Source of the DNA: Alphaproteobacteria bacterium
Lineage (GTDB): Bacteria > Pseudomonadota > Alphaproteobacteria > RF32 > CAG-239
Assembly: GCA_045615365.1 (NCBI GenBank)
Contig: JAZLEQ010000047.1
Span: 4,413-68,412 of the forward strand
DNA: 64,000 nucleotides
Reading direction: 5' to 3'
Every line of letters begins with the position of its first letter. The first letter of the stretch is position 1. Shown here in pieces: positions 20,664 through 29,397 of this stretch. The notes beneath the pieces were generated by a model, which was not told the origin of the DNA, made no database searches, and saw only the letters and a program-made list of their open reading frames with translations. Position numbers and translations under genes: made by a program.

Positions 20664-21635
20664 ATGGTGACAATTGCTGAAGAAAAATTTTCCGATATAT
20701 ATATAACCGACGAAATTGAACGTAAAGCATATATAGCAGACAAAAGAACCCTAAGTGCACTAAAAGTTTTTGAAGCTGAAGATTTTGACGATTTCTTCAA
20801 TTTGGTAGAATCATCTTGGGATGGAAAAAAAAGCAGCTATTCTGTTCGTTATGAAGGAGTGTTATATCGTGTTGAGAGAACAAACTCTCTATATGGTGTG
20901 CATTATTGTGCTCGTAAAATGCCTGCAGAGGTTCCGTCAATTTTAAGCTTGAATTATTCGCGAGAGCTTGTGGCTCATCTTCTGAATTTAAGACGCTCCG
21001 GCGGACTTATTTTGTGTGCCGGTCCGACAGGTTCCGGTAAAACAACGTTTGTCTCAAGCTTGCTGAAAGAATTCATTAGTAGAGAAGGCGGTTTCGCTTA
21101 TACGATTGAAGATCCGGTTGAACATCCGCTTGATGGTATATATGAACTTAAAAACGGCAGTTTGGGAGTTTGTAAACAAACAATGCCCGTTAATGGTGAT
21201 TGGGGTGCTTCGCTTCAGTCGGCTCTTCGTTCACGTCCGAAATATATCTTGCTCGGAGAGATACGTTCGGCAGTAGCCGCCAGCGAAGCCTTACGCGCCA
21301 GTATTTCCGGCCACTTAGTTCTTTCAACCATTCACGCCAACAATGTTTCCGATGCAATAAGTTCATTGGTAAAGTATGCATCTTCGGCTGATATGAGCGA
21401 AGAAATGGCTTATGATATAACATCGAGAGGTATTCTCTGTGTAATACACCAACAACTCGTTGGCACGGTTGTTAAAAAACCCGTTGTTTCCAGTTTGTTT
21501 GCAAACCCTGATACTACCAAAGGTTGCCAAATACGCAGTTCAATTAAAGGTGGTAAGCTTAATTTGGGGACTATAATTGAAACTCAACAAATTCGAATGT
21601 CAAAAGGGCATCCGTTGTTTATAGATATTGATTAA
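20664..21635 (+). CDS. PilT/GspE/VirB11-superfamily secretion ATPase (orphan)
   Basis: Walker [10 protein letters not shown], Asp box TIEDPVE, Walker B ILLGEIR, His box [19 protein letters not shown] upstream. No other pilus or secretion genes in the window. Confidence 0.8.
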   Translation: MVTIAEEKFSDIYITDEIERKAYIADKRTLSALKVFEAEDFDDFFNLVESSWDGKKSSYSVRYEGVLYRVERTNSLYGVHYCARKMPAEVPSILSLNYSRELVAHLLNLRRSGGLILCAGPTGSGKTTFVSSLLKEFISREGGFAYTIEDPVEHPLDGIYELKNGSLGVCKQTMPVNGDWGASLQSALRSRPKYILLGEIRSAVAASEALRASISGHLVLSTIHANNVSDAISSLVKYASSADMSEEMAYDITSRGILCVIHQQLVGTVVKKPVVSSLFANPDTTKGCQIRSSIKGGKLNLGTIIETQQIRMSKGHPLFIDID

Positions 21636-23434
21636 CCGGCGACAATTGTTTCTGATAATATCTCAAGCTCTAACCAAGCCTCTTCTTTAGAGGCTTTTTC
21701 TTTTTGTTTTTCTTCCAAAAGTTTTGAAGCTTCGTTAAAACGATCGGGATTTTTTTGATACAACTCCGGATCAAACAATTCATTGCTGAGGATTTGTATT
21801 TCTTTTTCCAACACATCAATTTCAGCCGGCAATACTTCCAATAATCGTTTTTGATTATAACTGAGACGATTTGAGTTTTTCGGAGAGAGAGTGTTTTTGG
21901 GTGTATTTTTTACGGCACTGACTTTTTTAATTGCTTCTGCAGGTTTTACTTTTTCCAAAATTTCACTGTAAGTTCCGGCATGCTCAAAAACACTTCCGTC
22001 GCCTTTCAAATAGATTATTGAACTTGAAACTCTGTCCAAGAAATCTCTGTCGTGGCTGACAATTAAAATTGTTCCGGCATATTCGTCCAAAACTTCTTGT
22101 AATAAATCGAGAGTATCCATATCCAAGTCGTTTGTAGGTTCGTCCAGCACCAAAAAGTTTGAAGGTTGAGCAAGTGTTTTGGCCAGCATCAAGCGGTTTT
22201 TTTCTCCTCCGGACAGTGCAGCCACCGGACAATGGGCTTGAGCAGGTTTAAACAAAAAATCTTTTAGATATGCTACAACATGCCGCCAATGTCCTTGCAC
22301 CATAATATGATCGCCTTTGTCGCACAGAGTTTGCCACAATGTTTTTTTAGGGTCTAAAACAAGGCGATTTTGGTCAAAGTAGGCTTCTTCCAAATTTTTG
22401 CCGATTCTCACAAATCCGCTGTCCGGATCAAGTCGTTTGGTCAGCAATTTGATTAAGGTTGTCTTTCCGGCGCCGTTGGGTCCGACAATGCCGATTCTGT
22501 TGCCTCGGATAATTCTGGTTGAAAACTCTTTAACTATTTGACGTTCTCCGAAGCTTTTACAAATATTTTTTGCCTCAATCACCAACTTTGAACGGAAGTC
22601 TCCTTCATCTATGGATAAGTTGATATTTCCAGTTTGTTTAATCTGTTCTCTTCTTTCTTTTCTTAGTTCAATTAAGCGGTGCAAGCGTCCCATATTTCGT
22701 CTTCGTCTTGCGGTAACACCTTTGTGCAGCCATTCTGTTTCTTCGGCAATTTTTTTATTTAAGTTGTTTTGAGCTATAATTTCCTGATTGATGATCTGTT
22801 CTTGCCATTCTTCAAAATTTTCAAACCCCTTGTTATTCGAATGCATTACACCTCTGTCCAACCAAAAGGTTGTTTTTGAAATATGACACAAGAATGTTCT
22901 GTCATGAGAAATAACCACTACTGCGCCGGTAAAATTTTTAATAATTTCTTCCAGTTCTTCAATTGTTGCAATATCCAAATGGTTTGTGGGCTCATCAAGC
23001 AACAAAATATCGGGTTCATTGATAAGTGCTTTTGCTAACGAAGCTTTTCGGCATTCACCGCCGGATGCTTTTTTAGGGTCAATATTTCCGTTAAGCTTCA
23101 GTCGGTCTAGCCATATGTCTGCCAAATAACCGCAATTTTTTTCTTCGTTTTTTATTTCTGATAAAATAGCTTCCTTAAAAGAGGAAAATTCATTTAAGTC
23201 AGGTTCTTGAGGCATATATGCGATTTTTGTTCCGGGCTGAATAAAAATTTCTCCTCCGTCAGGTTCAATAATTCCTGCAATCACCTTGAGAAGCGTTGAT
23301 TTTCCGCAGCCGTTACGACCGACTAAACAAATTTTATCACCTTTACAGATGTTTAATTCAACATTTTCAAAAAGTTGATTATCGCCGAAAGCGAGGTGAG
23401 CATTTTTTTGTGTATATATCGGGGTGTCAGCCAT
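21632..23434 (-). CDS. ABC-F family ATPase (Uup-like)
   Basis: Two ABC cassettes (GRNGCGKST / LSGGE / [11 protein letters not shown] and GPNGAGKTT / LSGGE / [11 protein letters not shown]) and a C-terminal coiled coil. The start is taken at MADTPIY; the ORF is open up to 23503. Confidence 0.85.
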   Translation of the reverse strand: MADTPIYTQKNAHLAFGDNQLFENVELNICKGDKICLVGRNGCGKSTLLKVIAGIIEPDGGEIFIQPGTKIAYMPQEPDLNEFSSFKEAILSEIKNEEKNCGYLADIWLDRLKLNGNIDPKKASGGECRKASLAKALINEPDILLLDEPTNHLDIATIEELEEIIKNFTGAVVVISHDRTFLCHISKTTFWLDRGVMHSNNKGFENFEEWQEQIINQEIIAQNNLNKKIAEETEWLHKGVTARRRRNMGRLHRLIELRKERREQIKQTGNINLSIDEGDFRSKLVIEAKNICKSFGERQIVKEFSTRIIRGNRIGIVGPNGAGKTTLIKLLTKRLDPDSGFVRIGKNLEEAYFDQNRLVLDPKKTLWQTLCDKGDHIMVQGHWRHVVAYLKDFLFKPAQAHCPVAALSGGEKNRLMLAKTLAQPSNFLVLDEPTNDLDMDTLDLLQEVLDEYAGTILIVSHDRDFLDRVSSSIIYLKGDGSVFEHAGTYSEILEKVKPAEAIKKVSAVKNTPKNTLSPKNSNRLSYNQKRLLEVLPAEIDVLEKEIQILSNELFDPELYQKNPDRFNEASKLLEEKQKEKASKEEAWLELEILSETIVAG

Positions 23435-23576
23435 TTTTTCATTCTTTTCATTTTGCGATTCGGAGTTTGAATTTCTTATATTATACTTATGCACAATATG
23501 CAATTAAATATTTACAACAAAACAAAAAATAAATACTATTAACAACAAATATATAAATTTATAAAAGGTGAAAAAT

Positions 23577-23969
23577 ATGTCTTTAAAAATAGAACTAAAA
23601 CCGCGTGAAAGCATTATTATCGGCGATGCTTTGATTACTAATGACAATGATCGCATACGTTTTTATATTGATGGTAATGTTCCTATTTTGCGCGAAAAGT
23701 TTATTCTTCGTGAAAAAGATGCGACCACTCCGGCTAAGAGAGTATATTTTATTGTTCAACAATTGTATCTCAGCGGGGGTAATAAAGATTTGCAAAAATT
23801 ATTTGTTGAATTTGTTCGCGATATAAACGAGGCAGCGCCGAGTTTGCGTGAATATGTTACCAAAGTTGCCGAAGCGGTAATTGTGGGTGATTACTATGCT
23901 GCAATTAAAAATTCTTCGGAATTGATAAACAAAGAAGAAGAATTGTTCGGAGAGGCCTTGAAAGGTTAA
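23577..23969 (+). CDS. flbT: Flagellar biosynthesis repressor FlbT
   Basis: MSLKIELKPRESIIIGDALITN...ILREKFIL...ATTPAKRVYF..QQLYL matches the FlbT pattern. ATG at 23577 lies 6 nt after AAGGTG. Confidence 0.8.
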   Translation: MSLKIELKPRESIIIGDALITNDNDRIRFYIDGNVPILREKFILREKDATTPAKRVYFIVQQLYLSGGNKDLQKLFVEFVRDINEAAPSLREYVTKVAEAVIVGDYYAAIKNSSELINKEEELFGEALKG

Positions 23970-23986
23970 ATAAAAAGTGCTATAAT
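23958..23986 (+). promoter_or_regulatory. Candidate sigma-70-type promoter for flagellin 1 (TTGAAA-17-TGcTATAAT)
   Basis: TTGAAA at 23958-23963, a 17-nt spacer, and extended -10 TGCTATAAT at 23978-23986. It is embedded in the flbT 3' end and would give a leader of roughly 55-60 nt. Confidence 0.5.
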
Positions 23987-24049
23987 ATCAAATGTTATAC
24001 AGTATTATAGCATTTTAGTGAAGTATAAAAATTTGTAAGGAGAAAGAAA

Positions 24050-25264
24050 ATGGCTCAACAAAGTATCACTTTAACCGCAAGTATGCGTTCAAATTTATCC
24101 TCTCTAAAATCTATCCAAAAACAAATGAATTCAACGCAGGAAAAGCTTTCTACGGGAAAGAAGGTTAATTCTGCTATTGATAATGCTTCCAGCTATTATC
24201 AGGCCCGAGCGCTTACCAACCGTGCAAAAGATTTGGAAGCTTTGTTAGATAGTATGGGACAAGGAATTCAGACCATACAGGCGGCAAATGAAGGTATAGA
24301 GGCGGTAACCTCTTATGTTGAACAATTAAAATCGGTTGCCAACTCCGCATATGCTCTGGACTCTACGCTTTCAAGCTATGAAGATTCTATTGAAAGTTAT
24401 CGCAAACAATTTGATTCAATCCAAGCTGAAATCACCAAATTGGTGGCAGACTCTTCTTATCAAGGTGTTAACTTATTGCGCGGTAATAAGTTGACAATTA
24501 CCTTTAATGAAAGTCGTTCAAACAAATTTGATGTTCAAGGTCAAGATGTTGTCGCTAATATGAGAATTCAGGATGCATCGGATGCTTGGGTTGTAGGTGT
24601 TGGTGATGAAGCCAAAACAAACGAAGTTGTATATGTCGGCGATCCTATAGTTATTCCTGACGCATCTGATGTTTACAAAGATGATGGTGGTAATAAGTTT
24701 GTTCAGGCGACTAACGGAAAATGGTATTACCTTACATACAATGATAAATCTGAGGTTCCGGCAGATAAAGTAACCGGAAAAACGTATTATGGCGAGCTTA
24801 CCGATGGCTATGAACTTTTACCGGGGACCGCGGTTGATGCGGGAGCGCAGATTTACAATGTTAAAACCGGAGATGGTTTTGTCAGAGCGGTTCAGTCTGA
24901 TGGTGAATACTACAATATGGATACAGGTGCAAAATTAACGGTGGCAAATCCGGCGGAAGATGTAAAAGTTGCCGGAAATTATGCAAAGGCGATTGATGAA
25001 ACAATCACTGAGATTTCCGAAGCTATTGACTACTTGCGCTCATTTTCAACGGAACTCGGTAATAACTACTCAATTATTGAAACGCGCCAAAATTTTACCG
25101 AGTCGTTAATTGATGTATTGGAAAGCGGTGCCGACAACTTGGTATTGGCCGATATGAACGAAGAATCAGCCAACTACCTTGCATTGCAAACCAGACAGCA
25201 GTTGGCTATTAACTCATTGTCTTTGGCGTCGCAATCCGCGCAATCAATTTTGAGTTTGTTCTAA
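24050..25264 (+). CDS. Flagellin paralog 1 (404 aa)
   Basis: Alphaproteobacterial-type flagellin termini: N-terminus ...LSTGKKVNSAIDNASSYYQARAL, C-terminus ADMNEESANYLALQTRQQLAINSLSLASQSAQSILSLF. RBS AAGGAGA. Confidence 0.92.
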   Translation: MAQQSITLTASMRSNLSSLKSIQKQMNSTQEKLSTGKKVNSAIDNASSYYQARALTNRAKDLEALLDSMGQGIQTIQAANEGIEAVTSYVEQLKSVANSAYALDSTLSSYEDSIESYRKQFDSIQAEITKLVADSSYQGVNLLRGNKLTITFNESRSNKFDVQGQDVVANMRIQDASDAWVVGVGDEAKTNEVVYVGDPIVIPDASDVYKDDGGNKFVQATNGKWYYLTYNDKSEVPADKVTGKTYYGELTDGYELLPGTAVDAGAQIYNVKTGDGFVRAVQSDGEYYNMDTGAKLTVANPAEDVKVAGNYAKAIDETITEISEAIDYLRSFSTELGNNYSIIETRQNFTESLIDVLESGADNLVLADMNEESANYLALQTRQQLAINSLSLASQSAQSILSLF

Positions 25265-25283
25265 TATTAAAAGTGTTGAAAAA

Positions 25284-25315
25284 ACGGCTTTTTTCGAAAA
25301 AAGTCGTTTTTTTTT
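25284..25315 (+). terminator. Terminator after flagellin 1
   Basis: ACGGCTTTTTT / AAAAAAGTCGT hairpin followed by a 9-T run. Confidence 0.6.
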
Positions 25316-25422
25316 ATGTTGTAGAGTCAATATTTATAAAAAATTAACTATTTTATCTGATAATGGCATAAGCCTGAAGTATATTAGGCTGTAAAAGTAA
25401 TTTTAAATTTGGGAGAAAGAAA

Positions 25423-26676
25423 ATGGCTCAGTCCAGTATTACATTGACCGCTAGTATGCGCTCAAACTTGTCTTCTTTGAAGTCAATTCAAAAACAAATG
25501 GATACAACTCAAGAAAGACTTTCTACAGGTAAAAAAGTTAACTCAGCTATTGATAATGCATCAAGCTATTATCAATCACGTGCTTTAACCAATCGTGCTT
25601 CTGACTTAGAATCATTATTGGATAGCATGGGACAAGGTATTCAAACCATTCAAGCTGCCAACGAAGGTCTTGAAGCTGTAACATCGTATGTTGAACAGTT
25701 GAAATCAGTTGCCAACTCTGCATATTCTTTAGACACAACTCTTGCAAACTATGAAGATTCTATCGAAAGCTATCGCAAACAATTTGATGCAATTCAAACC
25801 GAAATCTCCAAATTGGTGGCAGACTCTTCTTATCAAGGTATTAACTTGTTGCGCGGTAACAAATTGACTGTTACTTTCAACGAGAGTCGTTCAAATAAAT
25901 TTGATATTCAAGGTCAAGATATTGTTGGCAAGATGAATATTCAAAAAGCATCTGATGCATGGAAAGCAACCGCAGGCGGTGATGGTGGTTTAAAAACAAC
26001 CTCAGCTATAACAGTCGGAAAATGGGATGAAACAACCTATGCAAAAGATAGCTTGGTAACAACCCGCACATCTGGCACAACTACAGCGTTCAAAGCTGTT
26101 GACGGCGGATGGTATAAATTAGACGGCACAGCTGTTAGTGATGCTGCAACAATAGACGGCTTAAACAAAGCAACTGATGACGCAGCCAGAGGCGCAATCA
26201 CAAAAACTGATGGTGTTAAAATTACTGCTGGCACTGGAACAGAGATTGCTGCAGGTGCTCAAATTTACAATGTTAAAGTTGGTGACGCAAACGTTCAAGC
26301 AGTAGAAAGTGCCGATGCATACTACAGTATTGCTGATGGTTCTAAATTGGCTGTTGCCGATACAACAAATGATGTAAAAGTAGCAGCAAACTATGCTTCA
26401 CAAATTGATACAACGCTTACTGAAATCTCTGAGGCTATTGATTATTTGCGTTCTTTCTCTACAGAATTGGGTAACAACTACTCAATCATTGAGACACGTC
26501 AAGAGTTCACTGAAGCAATGATCGATGTATTGGAAACCGGTGCCGACAACTTGGTATTGGCCGATATGAACGAAGAATCAGCCAACTACCTTGCATTGCA
26601 AACCAGACAGCAGTTGGCTATTAACTCTTTGTCTTTGGCATCGCAATCTGCACAATCAATTTTGAGTTTGTTCTAA
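25423..26676 (+). CDS. Flagellin paralog 2 (417 aa)
   Basis: Same conserved termini as paralog 1 with a divergent central domain. RBS GGGAGA. Confidence 0.92.
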   Translation: MAQSSITLTASMRSNLSSLKSIQKQMDTTQERLSTGKKVNSAIDNASSYYQSRALTNRASDLESLLDSMGQGIQTIQAANEGLEAVTSYVEQLKSVANSAYSLDTTLANYEDSIESYRKQFDAIQTEISKLVADSSYQGINLLRGNKLTVTFNESRSNKFDIQGQDIVGKMNIQKASDAWKATAGGDGGLKTTSAITVGKWDETTYAKDSLVTTRTSGTTTAFKAVDGGWYKLDGTAVSDAATIDGLNKATDDAARGAITKTDGVKITAGTGTEIAAGAQIYNVKVGDANVQAVESADAYYSIADGSKLAVADTTNDVKVAANYASQIDTTLTEISEAIDYLRSFSTELGNNYSIIETRQEFTEAMIDVLETGADNLVLADMNEESANYLALQTRQQLAINSLSLASQSAQSILSLF

Positions 26677-26698
26677 TAAACTTAAAAGGCAAAATAAT

Positions 26699-26736
26699 AA
26701 GAAAGGGGCAACCAAACGGTTGTCCCTTTCTTTTTT
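26699..26736 (+). terminator. Terminator after flagellin 2
   Basis: GAAAGGGGCAACC (26701-26713) / GGTTGTCCCTTTC (26718-26730) followed by a T-run. Confidence 0.8.
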
Positions 26737-26842
26737 GGGTGTGTATATCTTATTTAAGTGTTGAAAAAATATAAAAAAACATTAGACTGAAAACAGAATA
26801 TTGTTAGTAAAACAAAAAAAGATATCAAATTTGGAGAGAAAA

Positions 26843-28108
26843 ATGGCTCAAAACAGCATCACATTAACCGCCAGTATGCGTTCAAACTTGTCTTCCTTGA
26901 AGTCTATTCAAAAACAGATGGATGCAACTCAGGAAAGACTCGCAACCGGCAAAAAAGTAAACTCAGCTATTGATAATGCATCAAGCTACTATCAAGCTCG
27001 TTCCTTAACTAATCGCGCATCCGACTTGGAGGCACTGTTGGATAGCATGGGACAGGGTATTCAAACCATTCAAGCTGCCAACGAAGGCATTGAGTCGGTA
27101 ACGTCATATGTTGAACAATTGAAATCAGTTGCTAATTCAGCCTATGCTCTCGATTCAACTTTGGCAAGCTACGAAAAATCGATGCAGAGCTACATCAACC
27201 AATTTGACACAATACAAAAAGAAATCACCAAATTGGTGGCAGACGCTTCTTATCAAGGTGTTAACTTATTGCGCGGTAATAAGTTGACAATTACCTTTAA
27301 TGAAAGTCGTTCAAACAAATTTGATGTTCAAGGTCAAGATATTATTACCAAAATGAATATTCAAAATGCTGAAGATACATGGAAGGTTGAAGCCGGTGAT
27401 GAAAATATCTTGAAAACAGACAAAGTTGTTAAAATTATGGCAGATCCTACAACCGAAACCTATACAAAAGATGGCGCAGTAGATTCAAGAACTTCAGCTA
27501 CTAATGGTATTCAAGCATTCAAAGCCGGTGATGGAAACTGGTATAAAATGGACGGAACAAAAGTTACAAATACTGATGACATAGATGAGCTGGAAGTAGC
27601 TCCAGCGGATGTACCAAATGGCACAATTACCAAAGATCCGAGTTTTGAAGTAACTGTTCCTGGAGGTGAAGTGGAAATCGCTGCTGGTGCGGATATTTAC
27701 AATATTAAATCCGGTGATGAATATATCAGAGCTATCAAAAATGGTGATAACTACTACAGTGTTGAAACCGGTGAAAAAATGACGGTTGCAAATCCGGATG
27801 AAGATGTGACAGTTGCCGGTAACTATGCTGCAAAGATTGATGCCACAATCACATCAATCTCTGAAGCAATTGACTACTTGCGTTCTTTCTCTACAGAATT
27901 GGGTAACAACTACTCAATCATTGAAACACGTCAAAACTTTACAGAGTCTTTGGTTGATGTTTTAGAAACCGGTTCGGATAATTTGGTATTGGCCGATATG
28001 AACGAAGAATCAGCCAACTACCTTGCATTGCAAACCAGACAGCAGTTGGCTATTAACTCTTTGTCTTTGGCATCGCAATCTGCACAGTCTATCTTGAATT
28101 TGTTCTAA
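26843..28108 (+). CDS. Flagellin paralog 3 (421 aa)
   Basis: ATG at 26843 gives MAQNSITLTASMRSN, matching the other paralogs, and follows GGAGAG. The 26801 TTG extension is rejected. Confidence 0.92.
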   Translation: MAQNSITLTASMRSNLSSLKSIQKQMDATQERLATGKKVNSAIDNASSYYQARSLTNRASDLEALLDSMGQGIQTIQAANEGIESVTSYVEQLKSVANSAYALDSTLASYEKSMQSYINQFDTIQKEITKLVADASYQGVNLLRGNKLTITFNESRSNKFDVQGQDIITKMNIQNAEDTWKVEAGDENILKTDKVVKIMADPTTETYTKDGAVDSRTSATNGIQAFKAGDGNWYKMDGTKVTNTDDIDELEVAPADVPNGTITKDPSFEVTVPGGEVEIAAGADIYNIKSGDEYIRAIKNGDNYYSVETGEKMTVANPDEDVTVAGNYAAKIDATITSISEAIDYLRSFSTELGNNYSIIETRQNFTESLVDVLETGSDNLVLADMNEESANYLALQTRQQLAINSLSLASQSAQSILNLF

Positions 28109-28125
28109 TAAAATCAAGATTAAAA

Positions 28126-28156
28126 CAAACAAAAAAAGGGCAACTGCAAAGGTTGT
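28126..28156 (+). terminator. Terminator after flagellin 3
   Basis: GGGCAAC / GTTGTCC hairpin plus a T-run. The sequence is related to the flagellin 2 terminator. Confidence 0.7.
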
Positions 28157-28353
28157 CCTTTTTTGATTGGAAATATCGAGTCGTTTTCTTAAATCTTAGC
28201 GGTATTATAATACCAACAAGCTTGAGAAAAATATCAAAAAAAACGTCAAAAAAGGGTCTTTTTTTCCGAGTCGCGACTAAAAATGTTTCACAAATAAATT
28301 GTGTAAAAACAACAAGATGGTCGTTGTGAAACAGAAAAAAAGCATTTTTACTA

Positions 28354-28382
28354 TTGTTTGGGGTTGCAAAATGTGATATAAT
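28354..28382 (+). promoter_or_regulatory. Candidate sigma-70-type promoter for flagellin 4 (TTGTTT-17-TGaTATAAT)
   Basis: TTGTTT at 28354-28359, a 17-nt spacer, and TGATATAAT at 28374-28382. The leader would be roughly 55-60 nt, similar to flagellin 1. Confidence 0.45.
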
Positions 28383-28446
28383 GAACCTTGTAGTGATAAT
28401 AGAAGCTACACAAGAAATGTGAAACTTTATTTATGGGAGAAGTGCC

Positions 28447-29292
28447 ATGTCTACTATTACATTAACCGCAAGTATGCGTTCAAACCTCGGTTCGTTAAAA
28501 TCCATCCAAAAACAAATGGATGTTACTCAAAATCGTCTTTCTACAGGTAAAAAAGTTAACTCAGCTATTGATAATGCATCAAGCTTTTATCAAGCACGTG
28601 CATTAACAAATCGCGCATCTGATTTAGCCGGTTTGTTAGATAGCATGGGACAAGGTATTCAAACCATTCAAGCCGCAAACGAAGGTATTGAAGCCGTAAC
28701 ATCTTTTGTTGAACAATTAAAGTCCATTGCCGAAACTGCTTATGCAGTTGAAGCTCCTGCTGCCGATGCTCCGGAAGCAGATAAGACTGCTTATGCAACA
28801 ACAATGGGAAAATATGAAGATCAGTTTGATAAAGTATTAGGTGAAATTAAAAAGGTTATAGGTGATTCCGGATATCAAGGTGTAAACCTTTTGAAAACCA
28901 ATAAGTTAACTGTTACCTTCAATGAAGGACGCACTAACAAATTTGAGGTTCAAGGGCAAGATGTTGCCACAATGATCGACATTGCTGCAGCCGACGGAAA
29001 ATGGACTGACGCCTCTAAAGTTGATGAATACATCGGCAAAATTTCTGAAGCAACAGACGCTCTTAGGGCATACTCAACCGAACTCGGTAATAACTACTCA
29101 ATTATTGAAACACGTCAAAACTTTACTGATGCAATGATTGATGTATTGGAAACCGGTGCCGACAACTTGGTATTGGCCGACATGAACGAAGAATCAGCCA
29201 ACTACCTTGCATTGCAAACCAGACAGCAGTTGGCTATTAACTCTTTGTCTTTGGCATCGCAATCTGCACAATCAATTTTGAGTTTGTTCTAA
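28447..29292 (+). CDS. Flagellin paralog 4, short form (281 aa)
   Basis: Same conserved N- and C-terminal flagellin domains with a much shorter central region. Confidence 0.92.
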   Translation: MSTITLTASMRSNLGSLKSIQKQMDVTQNRLSTGKKVNSAIDNASSFYQARALTNRASDLAGLLDSMGQGIQTIQAANEGIEAVTSFVEQLKSIAETAYAVEAPAADAPEADKTAYATTMGKYEDQFDKVLGEIKKVIGDSGYQGVNLLKTNKLTVTFNEGRTNKFEVQGQDVATMIDIAAADGKWTDASKVDEYIGKISEATDALRAYSTELGNNYSIIETRQNFTDAMIDVLETGADNLVLADMNEESANYLALQTRQQLAINSLSLASQSAQSILSLF

Positions 29293-29308
29293 GTCAACAA
29301 AACAGTAT

Positions 29309-29337
29309 GGGCGGCTTAATTTTAAGCCGCCTTTTTT
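29309..29337 (+). terminator. Terminator after flagellin 4
   Basis: GGCGGCTTAA / TTAAGCCGCC hairpin followed by TTTTTT. Confidence 0.8.
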
Positions 29338-29397
29338 ATGCAAAAATTAACCATATTGTATTATAATAACCTCAAAATTTGTATCAGGAGTTTGTCA

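Noticed and set aside
21632-21635. Convergent PilT-like and ABC-F genes sharing a 4-bp TTAA that contains both stop codons.
   Set aside because: This is a real feature of the sequence. However, it is a common consequence of compact gene packing and does not in itself indicate regulation.
25364-25380. A sigma-54-like TGGCAT upstream of flagellin 2 (TGGCATAAGCCTGAAG).
   Set aside because: The -12 element lacks the conserved GC dinucleotide (TGAAG instead of TTGCA). It is only half a site, unlike the perfect promoter at 32496-32511.
26801-26842. N-terminal extensions offered by the ORF track for flagellin 3 (TTG at 26801), the lipoprotein (8992), the Sel1 protein (29338), tgt (15310), argS (56114), bamE (61079), the DUF1013 protein (54351) and others.
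   Set aside because: Downstream ATG codons are preceded by good Shine-Dalgarno sequences. They restore the conserved N-termini or signal peptides of the respective families.
24050-29292. The repeated ~90-150-bp identical blocks, considered as a CRISPR-like or other tandem array.
   Set aside because: The blocks are the conserved 3' (and one internal) coding segments of four full-length flagellin genes. The intervening sequence is coding, with promoters and terminators. No short direct repeat/spacer periodicity exists.
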